DNA of 64,000 nt from Bacteroidales bacterium (lineage in GTDB: Bacteria > Bacteroidota > Bacteroidia > Bacteroidales > Azobacteroidaceae). The position numbers and the translations under genes are program-made. The notes under the pieces were generated by a model. It ran no database searches. It had not been told where the DNA came from and saw nothing but the letters and a program-made list of their open reading frames with translations. Shown here piece after piece: positions 57,458-64,000 of this stretch (position 1 is the stretch's first letter; every line of letters starts with the position of its first letter). Where the stretch lies: NCBI GenBank assembly GCA_031553835.1, contig JAVBKX010000009.1, positions 37,300 through 101,299 on the forward strand. The letters are read 5' to 3'.

Positions 57458-57849
57458 GGGTCCAAACTGATAGAGAAAGAGATGTTATCGCCTCGTTTTG
57501 GAGTAATGATGGTATCTTTTGGCTGAAATCGCAGTAAGTTGGTCTCATCATGAGGGACAGTAAATGAAAATATATGGTCTTGTCCCGAAGGCAAATACAT
57601 AGTAAACGAACCATCATCGTCCGTAATATCGTAACGGTAACCATCTCCGACCGACACTTTTATTCCTTTCAATGGGGTTCCTGTAGATTTGTCAAAAACT
57701 TTGCCGTGAATAAATGCATCTCTTCCAAAATCTTTTGGCGCTCCATAACAGGCTTGAAAGACAAACATCATGGCAGACAATGAAAATGCTTTCAAAAAAT
57801 AATTCAGTATGTTTTTTTTAATATTCAAAACGACCGTATTCACTTTCAA
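57448..57849 (-). CDS. Small lipoprotein with carboxypeptidase-regulatory-like (CarboxypepD_reg) fold
   Basis: 133 aa with a lipobox (MMFVFQAC). IHGKVFDKSTGTPLKGIKVSVGDGYRYDITDDDGSFTMYLPSG is the CarboxypepD_reg pattern. Confidence 0.6.
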   Translation of the reverse strand: MKVNTVVLNIKKNILNYFLKAFSLSAMMFVFQACYGAPKDFGRDAFIHGKVFDKSTGTPLKGIKVSVGDGYRYDITDDDGSFTMYLPSGQDHIFSFTVPHDETNLLRFQPKDTIITPKRGDNISFSISLDPCY

Positions 57850-58987
57850 TGATTAATTCTTTTTTTGCAGAGGCTTCTACATGCCCTGCAATTTGCGCTT
57901 CAATTCCAAATTGGTTGGAAATATTAATTACTTCCTGTGCATATTCTTTGGATAAATAAATTTCCATGCGATGTCCCATATTGAACACTTTATACATCTC
58001 TTTCCAATCGGTTCCGGATTGTTCCTTGATAATGGAAAATAACGGTGGAATCGGGAATAAATTATTTTTTACCACTTTTACCTGATCAACAAAATGCAAT
58101 ACTTTGGTTTGTGCTCCGCCGGAACAGTGCACCATTCCATGTATATTTTTACGTTGAATATGATCAAATATTTTTTTGATTACAGGGGCATACGTACGGG
58201 TGGGAGAGAGAACTAATTTTCCTGCATCTAAGCCTAATCCTTCGATGGAATCGGTTAATTTTAAATTTCCGGAATAAACCAAATTATATGGAACGGCGGG
58301 ATCATAACTCTCCGGATATTTTTCTGCCAGGTATTTTGAAAAAACATCATGCCGGGCAGAAGTAAGTCCATTACTACCCATTCCGCCATTGTATTCTTTT
58401 TCATAAGTAGCTTGTCCGGAAGAAGAAAGTCCGACAATCACATCTCCGGCCTGGATGTTGGAATTATCGATTACATCGGCGCGTTTCATCCGGCAGGTAA
58501 CTGTGCTGTCCACAATAATGGTGCGTACTACATCGCCCACATCGGCAGTTTCACCTCCGGTCGGATAAATATTAACGCCAAGTTGCGCTAATTCTTCACA
58601 CAATTCGTTGGTTCCATTGATAATAGCGGAAATCACTTCGCCTGGAATCAGATGTTTGTTTCGTCCAATCGTTGAAGAAAGCAAAATATTGTCGGTAGCG
58701 CCCACACAAAGCAGGTCATCGATATTCATAATCAATGCATCCTGGGCAATTCCTTTCCAAACGGAAATATCTCCGGTTTCGCGCCAATAAAGATAGGCTA
58801 ATGATGATTTTGTTCCCGCGCCATCTGCATGCATGATGTTACAATAATCAGGATTTCCTCCCAATATATCGGGGATTATTTTACAAAATGCATTGGGAAA
58901 AATTCCTTTATCAATGTTTTTGATCGCATTGTGTACGTCTTCTTTAGACGCTGAAACTCCTCGCTGATTGTATCGTTGGTCGCTCAT
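57818..58987 (-). CDS. purM: Phosphoribosylformylglycinamidine cyclo-ligase (AIR synthase), Bacteroidota long form
   Basis: 389 aa with AIR-synthase N- and C-domain patterns (HADGAGTKS, GGETADVGD). Confidence 0.8.
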   Translation of the reverse strand: MSDQRYNQRGVSASKEDVHNAIKNIDKGIFPNAFCKIIPDILGGNPDYCNIMHADGAGTKSSLAYLYWRETGDISVWKGIAQDALIMNIDDLLCVGATDNILLSSTIGRNKHLIPGEVISAIINGTNELCEELAQLGVNIYPTGGETADVGDVVRTIIVDSTVTCRMKRADVIDNSNIQAGDVIVGLSSSGQATYEKEYNGGMGSNGLTSARHDVFSKYLAEKYPESYDPAVPYNLVYSGNLKLTDSIEGLGLDAGKLVLSPTRTYAPVIKKIFDHIQRKNIHGMVHCSGGAQTKVLHFVDQVKVVKNNLFPIPPLFSIIKEQSGTDWKEMYKVFNMGHRMEIYLSKEYAQEVINISNQFGIEAQIAGHVEASAKKELIIESEYGRFEY

Positions 58988-59008
58988 GATTTATATGTAA
59001 ATGAAATA

Positions 59009-59016
59009 CAAAGATA
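59009..59016 (-). promoter_or_regulatory. -7 box TATCTTTG upstream of purM
   Basis: The reverse complement of CAAAGATA matches TAnnTTTG, 22 nt upstream of the ATG. Confidence 0.4.
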
Positions 59017-59028
59017 ATCGGTTTTCAG

Positions 59029-59056
59029 CTAAAAACTAAAAACTAAAAACTAAAAG
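59029..59056. repeat. Four tandem heptamers (CTAAAAA x3 + CTAAAAG)
   Basis: Read directly. The last unit overlaps the stop codon of the 59050..60378 gene. Confidence 0.8.
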
Positions 59057-60378
59057 TGCAGGGGTTGGGGTATTTCTTTAACATCGTCAAGCAGCCATTT
59101 CCATGCAGGAATGACACGAATATTTCGATCTTCAACAACAATTTCATCTTCTGTTTCGGCAGTGATGATTGATAATTTGTTGCAATTTGTTGTATTCGAT
59201 GCTTCTATTAATCCTGCAATTTCCCGGTTTCGAGTATCCAAATCATCTATTTGCCAGGCAACCTGGATAAGCTCTATAACTTCAGAATGGTCTGTCAAAA
59301 CGAAATCGCATTCTTTTTTCTCTTTGAAATAATATATTCCTTTTTGAAAAGAATATTTTCTCCGTAAATGGATGAATACAAGATTTTCCAACAAAATTCC
59401 GGCATCATCGCTATGTGGCGTCAATACGGCATTCCGTAATCCATTATCAATACAGTAATACTTTTTATTAGTATTGCTTTCTTTTATTAAAGAGAAATCG
59501 AATTTAGGCAGAGATAAAAGTAAATAAATAGCTTCTGTCTGATCTGCTAATTCATATAAAGTATTTTTCGCAACGCTAACTCCTTGGGATTTTAATTCGT
59601 TATAAATCTTGTTGATAGATGTGGGCTTGGTTATATTCAACATCATTCTCTTTATAAAATAGCGAACCGGGGATGAATTACGGATATCGTATCTTTCAAT
59701 TAAATCTTTGTAAAGCATTACAAAGAAATATTCTTGTAATATTTTTTCTCTATAAATGGCATCTCCTAAAACAATTTCGGGGAAAGCTCCAAATTTCAAG
59801 TATTCATAAAATGCATTAATTATTTTTGCCCGGGAGGAAGTGTTGTAGTAATTTGTATCAATGTCTTTGAAATGACAGTATTCGTCAAACGAAAGAGGAA
59901 ATTCTTCAAATTGTAAAGTTCGTCCCCGAAGAGATGTTGCGATTTCAGAAGAAAGCATACGGGAATTAGAACCTGTTAGAAATATTTGTTTGGAAACAGA
60001 GTCATAGACTCTTCTTACAAATTGTTCCCAGTTGGAAGTCATTTGTATTTCGTCAAAAAAGAAATACACCTCTGCCATTTTTTCGTTGGGATACAATTCT
60101 CTATACGCTTGCAATATTTCATCAAAATCTTCCGAAGAAAAAGATAGCCGTTCATCATCAAAATTAAGGAATAATATTTTTTCCCGCTCAATTCCTTCTG
60201 ATAACAGTTGATTGATTGCCAGTGAAAATAACGATGATTTTCCACATCGTCTGACGCCCGGAACTGTTATGATTTTTCCGGTATGCAATGGTAGCTGTAA
60301 ATTGCGCTGTATTACAGATGCAGGTAACGATTGTTGAAAATTGACAATTAATTCTTTTATCAATTCTTTCTTTTTCAT
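59050..60378 (-). CDS. AAA-type ATPase with DUF4143-like C-terminal domain
   Basis: 442 aa with Walker A GVRRCGKSS and Walker B FFFDEIQ; AAA_14/DUF4143 family pattern. Confidence 0.7.
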   Translation of the reverse strand: MKKKELIKELIVNFQQSLPASVIQRNLQLPLHTGKIITVPGVRRCGKSSLFSLAINQLLSEGIEREKILFLNFDDERLSFSSEDFDEILQAYRELYPNEKMAEVYFFFDEIQMTSNWEQFVRRVYDSVSKQIFLTGSNSRMLSSEIATSLRGRTLQFEEFPLSFDEYCHFKDIDTNYYNTSSRAKIINAFYEYLKFGAFPEIVLGDAIYREKILQEYFFVMLYKDLIERYDIRNSSPVRYFIKRMMLNITKPTSINKIYNELKSQGVSVAKNTLYELADQTEAIYLLLSLPKFDFSLIKESNTNKKYYCIDNGLRNAVLTPHSDDAGILLENLVFIHLRRKYSFQKGIYYFKEKKECDFVLTDHSEVIELIQVAWQIDDLDTRNREIAGLIEASNTTNCNKLSIITAETEDEIVVEDRNIRVIPAWKWLLDDVKEIPQPLHF

Positions 60379-60471
60379 AAGGACAAAATTACATTTTTTT
60401 TCTTTATCAGAAAGAAAAAATTAGAAATATTTTGTGTTGAATTTCAATTATTGTGCATCCTGCTTTTATTT

Positions 60472-61107
60472 TTATTCATCCGATTGCTTCGTTAAATCAT
60501 CGTTCAAAATCGGCAATCCGATTTGATATTTGACGGCTACTACACGTGTAATGATTACTGCTAATACTGTTACGGCCTGATTGACTTCGGTTGGCATTCC
60601 CGCCCAGTCACTCAGCCAGTAAAAAATGCCTCCGATACAACAAGCAAGGGCGTAAATTTCTTTCCTGAAAATCAAAGGGATTTCATTGATCAAAATATCA
60701 CGCATCACTCCTCCGGCCGAACCGGTTACTGTACCCATTACAATCGCAACCCAATATGGAAAACCACATTGCAATGTTTTTTCGATTCCAACCACGGTAA
60801 ATAATGCTAATCCGATGGTGTCGAAAGTGAAGAATGTGTAATGCAGACGAACTAAGATTTTCCGGTAAATGACCACAACAATCAAGGCCAATCCCGAACA
60901 AACAATGTAGAGACTATTTTCCATCCAAAAAGGAGTTAAGCCCAACATTAAATCCCGGATCGTTCCGCCTCCGACGGCAGTTACCAACCCGATGACAAAT
61001 GCGCCAAACCAATCGAAACGTTTGGCAGAAGCAAGACGGATTCCGGAAATTGCAAAAGCAAAAGTTCCCAGAAATTCAATGATGTCAATTAAACCGATAG
61101 CGTCCAT
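60472..61107 (-). CDS. Trimeric intracellular cation channel (UPF0126/YadS) family membrane protein
   Basis: 211 aa. Duplicated Gly-rich motif (VGGGTIRDLM and SAGGVMRDIL) is typical of UPF0126. Confidence 0.75.
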   Translation of the reverse strand: MDAIGLIDIIEFLGTFAFAISGIRLASAKRFDWFGAFVIGLVTAVGGGTIRDLMLGLTPFWMENSLYIVCSGLALIVVVIYRKILVRLHYTFFTFDTIGLALFTVVGIEKTLQCGFPYWVAIVMGTVTGSAGGVMRDILINEIPLIFRKEIYALACCIGGIFYWLSDWAGMPTEVNQAVTVLAVIITRVVAVKYQIGLPILNDDLTKQSDE

Positions 61108-61124
61108 AATGAAAAATTCTGGTG

Positions 61125-61132
61125 CAAAATTA
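61125..61132 (-). promoter_or_regulatory. -7 box TAATTTTG upstream of the UPF0126 gene
   Basis: The reverse complement of CAAAATTA matches TAnnTTTG, 18 nt upstream of the ATG. Confidence 0.35.
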
Positions 61133-61154
61133 GTGGAATTTGTTCATTTTATTC

Positions 61155-61162
61155 TACTTTTG
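61155..61162 (+). promoter_or_regulatory. -7 box TACTTTTG upstream of the DUF2851 gene
   Basis: Matches TAnnTTTG, 24 nt before the ATG at 61186. Confidence 0.4.
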
Positions 61163-61185
61163 CTCCAATCAAAAACCAATTAACT

Positions 61186-62460
61186 ATGGAAGCAATACTG
61201 CATTATGTGTGGAAGTACCGCCTGTATGATGAAAACCGGTTGTTTACTACAGACGGAATACCTGTCTCTGTGTTGGATCCGGGGATACATAATACCGATG
61301 CCGGACCTGATTTTTTTAATGCTAAAATTAAAATCGGCGACGAACTTTGGGCGGGCAATGTGGAAATTCATTCCGATTCGTCTGACTGGGTAAAACATGG
61401 ACATCATCAAGATCCGGCTTATAATTCTGTGATTTTACATGTGGTGGAATTTCCCCTTTTCATCGGAAAAAATACTACGAAAAATGGCCGGATTATTCCT
61501 GAATTGATATTGAAAGTTTCTGATCAAATTCGCCGGGATTATGAATTCCTCATCTCTAAAGATACTCCTGTGGCATGCATCGACCGCTTGCGTGAAATTT
61601 CTCCCATTTATTTGTCAGATTGGCTGAATGCCTTATTGATAGAACGCCTGGAGAGAAAAATGAATCAACTGTCTGCATTATTATCCGAAAGTAAGATGGA
61701 TTGGAATGTGGTCTTCTACATTACATTGTGCCGTAATTTCGGTTTTGGAATCAACAGCGATGCTTTTGAACAATTAGCCCGCAGCCTTCCATTGAAATAT
61801 TTGATGAAGCACAACGATTCAATTTTATCGATGGAAGCGATGATTTTCGGACAAGCCGGGCTGCTTGAAAAGGAGATTGAAGATGAATATTACCAACAAC
61901 TCCAATCCGAATATGATTATCTCCGGAAAAAATATAATCTCAAGCCTGTTACCGGTTATATGATGAAGTTTGCACGCATTCGACCCGGAAATTTTCCTCA
62001 CATTAAAATTGCTCAATTAACGGCGCTAATCCGGCAACAGGAATTTTTGTTTTCTAAAATAATAGAAACCGAAGATATTGGCGAATTGCGACAATTGTTT
62101 GTCTCTGAGCTTCATACTTATTGGCAAACGCATTATCATTTTGGCCAGACTTCTGTACTCAAATCGAAAAAATTAGGACCCGAATTATTGGATATTCTTC
62201 TGATTAATACGGTCGTTCCTATTTTATTTGTGTATGGAACCAGCAACGGATTACCCGAATTGTCGGAACGTGCCGTCAAATTATTGGAAAAAATAAATCC
62301 GGAAAAAAATACCATCACTAATTTGTTCAGGCAGGCAGGAGTGGCGCTTACCAATGCTGTGGAATCACAAGCGCTCATTCAATTGAAAAAAGAATATTGC
62401 GATCAAAAGAAATGTATTTATTGCCGGATTGGTCACCAATTGTTGTCCAATAAAACATAA
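61186..62460 (+). CDS. DUF2851 family protein
   Basis: 424 aa. N-terminus MEAILHYVWKYRLY and the NVEIHSDSSDWVKHGHHQDPAYNSVILHVV pattern recalled for DUF2851. C-terminal CxxC. Confidence 0.65.
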   Translation: MEAILHYVWKYRLYDENRLFTTDGIPVSVLDPGIHNTDAGPDFFNAKIKIGDELWAGNVEIHSDSSDWVKHGHHQDPAYNSVILHVVEFPLFIGKNTTKNGRIIPELILKVSDQIRRDYEFLISKDTPVACIDRLREISPIYLSDWLNALLIERLERKMNQLSALLSESKMDWNVVFYITLCRNFGFGINSDAFEQLARSLPLKYLMKHNDSILSMEAMIFGQAGLLEKEIEDEYYQQLQSEYDYLRKKYNLKPVTGYMMKFARIRPGNFPHIKIAQLTALIRQQEFLFSKIIETEDIGELRQLFVSELHTYWQTHYHFGQTSVLKSKKLGPELLDILLINTVVPILFVYGTSNGLPELSERAVKLLEKINPEKNTITNLFRQAGVALTNAVESQALIQLKKEYCDQKKCIYCRIGHQLLSNKT

Positions 62461-62479
62461 TCAGGTCCAAAAAAATCCA

Positions 62480-62487
62480 TATATTTG
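62480..62487 (+). promoter_or_regulatory. -7 box TATATTTG upstream of the Ig-like lipoprotein gene
   Basis: Matches TAnnTTTG, 25 nt before the ATG at 62512. Confidence 0.4.
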
Positions 62488-62511
62488 TACCTTAAAATTC
62501 AAGTGTTTAAA

Positions 62512-64000
62512 ATGATTCTCAAAAAAATAATATCTTCTGTTCAAAAAAGTCTTACCGGTGCGACATTGGTCTTGTTTGCTTTTTGTGGTTTGTATGCCTG
62601 CGCCAGTTTAGGGAGTCCATCCGGAGGAGAAATAGACACAATTCCTCCACAATTTGTTTCAAGTAAACCGGCGCCCGACGCCGTTAATTTCGCAGGCAAA
62701 AAAATTGAGATTGTTTTCGATGAATTGGTGGTTTTAGATAAACCTTCAGATAAAATTATTGTGACTCCGCCTCAAAAAAATATGCCGAAAATCAGAGCTG
62801 CCGGCAATAGGGTTACGGTCGAGTTTCAGGATTCGCTGCAACCGGCGACTACCTATACGATTGATTTTACAAATTCCATTGTCGATAACAATGAGAAAAA
62901 TCCGTTAGAGAATTTTTCGTTTGCGTTTTCTACCGGTGAAACCGTGGATTCTTTAGTTATTTCGGGAGTATTATTAGCTGCAGATAATCTTGAGCCACAA
63001 CAAAATGTAATGGTAGGCCTTCATTCTGATTTGAGCGATACCGCTTTTACAAAATTGCCTTTTCTCCGCACAACTAAAACGAATGATCGTGGGCGGTTTT
63101 GGATTCGGAATGTAGCGCCGGGTTCTTATAAAGTATATGCTTTGGGAGATTTGAACCGTAATTATAAATTTGATCAGCCGGGGGAAAGTGTGGCTTTCTT
63201 AGACAGCATTATTGTCCCGGGATTCGAACCGGCGGTTCGTCCCGATACCATTTGGCAAAAAATAGTCATAAAAGAAAATAAAGAGACCCGCGATTCTTTG
63301 ATCGTTGATACCGTTTTTGATTTTCATTATACCCGGTTTACTCCCGATAGTCTTCGGTTGTTTTTATTCAAGAAACCAGTTCCCCGGCAGTTCCTTTCCA
63401 AATCGGAACGATCTGCTGCCTACAAATTTTCATTGGCTTTTAATGAACCGATTACCGAATTTCCGGCATTATATTTGTTAAATCAACCTGTAGATGAAAA
63501 CTGGGTAATTCCGCAAAAAACCGAAGGAGGAAAAGTGATTCAATATTGGATTACCGATTCCCTGCTATATAATCGCATCGATACCTTGCAAATTGAGGCT
63601 GTTTATTTAAAAACGGATAGTATCGCTCAGCTGATACCTGCAACCGATACATTGAGATTAGTTTCGCGAGCAAAAGCACCCGCAAAAGATTCGAAAAAAG
63701 ACAAAGAAGAGGCAATCAAAAAACCGGATTTTTTGGATATAAACCTTTCTGCAGGGCGAATTGTGGAAGTGTATGATACCGTGAAAATCCGTTTTTCTGA
63801 ACCGGTTGTGTTGGATTCAGCCCGATTGCATTTTGCTCAAAAGGTGGACACTACCTGGCATGAACGATCCTTTCCGGTTATACAAAATGCGGATGATCCG
63901 TTGCAATATTGGGTATCTGTTCCTCCGAAATACGGGGTGGAATATCGACTCCAAATTGATTCGGCTGCGATTGTCAGTATTTATGGAAAATGGAATAATA
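62512..64000 (+). CDS. Ig-like (SbsA_Ig/Big_5-like) domain lipoprotein, partial (runs off the window)
   Basis: Not in the ORF track because there is no stop codon. I translated from the ATG at 62512: MILKKIISSVQKSLTGATLVLFAFCGLYACASLGSPSGGEIDTIPPQF... (lipobox LYAC). The frame stays open across roughly the first 730 nt that I translated by hand, and a spot check of the last ~100 nt shows no in-frame stop; the middle part was not checked codon by codon. Confidence 0.65.
   Translation, partial: MILKKIISSVQKSLTGATLVLFAFCGLYACASLGSPSGGEIDTIPPQFVSSKPAPDAVNFAGKKIEIVFDELVVLDKPSDKIIVTPPQKNMPKIRAAGNRVTVEFQDSLQPATTYTIDFTNSIVDNNEKNPLENFSFAFSTGETVDSLVISGVLLAADNLEPQQNVMVGLHSDLSDTAFTKLPFLRTTKTNDRGRFWIRNVAPGSYKVYALGDLNRNYKFDQPGESVAFLDSIIVPGFEPAVRPDTIWQKIVIKENKETRDSLIVDTVFDFHYTRFTPDSLRLFLFKKPVPRQFLSKSERSAAYKFSLAFNEPITEFPALYLLNQPVDENWVIPQKTEGGKVIQYWITDSLLYNRIDTLQIEAVYLKTDSIAQLIPATDTLRLVSRAKAPAKDSKKDKEEAIKKPDFLDINLSAGRIVEVYDTVKIRFSEPVVLDSARLHFAQKVDTTWHERSFPVIQNADDPLQYWVSVPPKYGVEYRLQIDSAAIVSIYGKWNN

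Noticed and set aside
60384-60391. TAATTTTG -7-like box upstream of the AAA ATPase gene.
   Set aside because: It lies only 6 nt from the annotated ATG (60378), too close for a normal leader, so it is not reported as a promoter.

Overview
The window looks like a chromosomal segment of a Bacteroidota (Bacteroidales-like) genome. Three things support this: a dcw cluster without murF, at least five proteins ending in T9SS-type C-terminal sorting domains, and many TAnnTTTG -7 promoter boxes with no Shine-Dalgarno sites. Bases 1-13564 carry the cell-division/cell-wall operon in the order ftsI(end)-murE-[2-gene insert]-mraY-murD-ftsW-murG-murC-ftsQ-ftsA-ftsZ. The rest is mostly housekeeping: nadA, nadB, mnmG, apt, uvrC, parE, purM, ybeY, an ABC-F gene, rubrerythrin and a SulP transporter. 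Interspersed are surface/T9SS cargo genes, a TPR histidine kinase with a LuxR-type regulator, a Fic-PnuC-TPK operon, a DNA methyltransferase and a radical-SAM/lipoprotein cluster. No rRNA, tRNA or CRISPR array was seen. Main points of interest: (1) An AT-rich two-gene module, a small ABC ATPase plus a DUF4435/TOPRIM protein (PARIS/AriAB-like architecture), is wedged between murE and mraY with gaps of only 7-14 bp. (2) A GC-rich palindrome with a perfect 30-bp stem is inserted in-frame inside the essential murC gene. (3) Short tandem-repeat hairpins (7-nt or 9-nt units) sit exactly at gene boundaries, including inside the dcw operon and in an ABC-F leader. (4) An IS200-like Y1 transposase (RAYT-type) is embedded in a REP-like hairpin array that shows compensatory stem changes. 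(5) Two unrelated T9SS cargo genes share near-identical 5' and 3' flanks. (6) Fic, PnuC and TPK are joined by ATGA start/stop overlaps. (7) A radical-SAM/SPASM gene overlaps a small lipoprotein gene. All protein calls rest on motifs read from the ORF translations; no database search was run.
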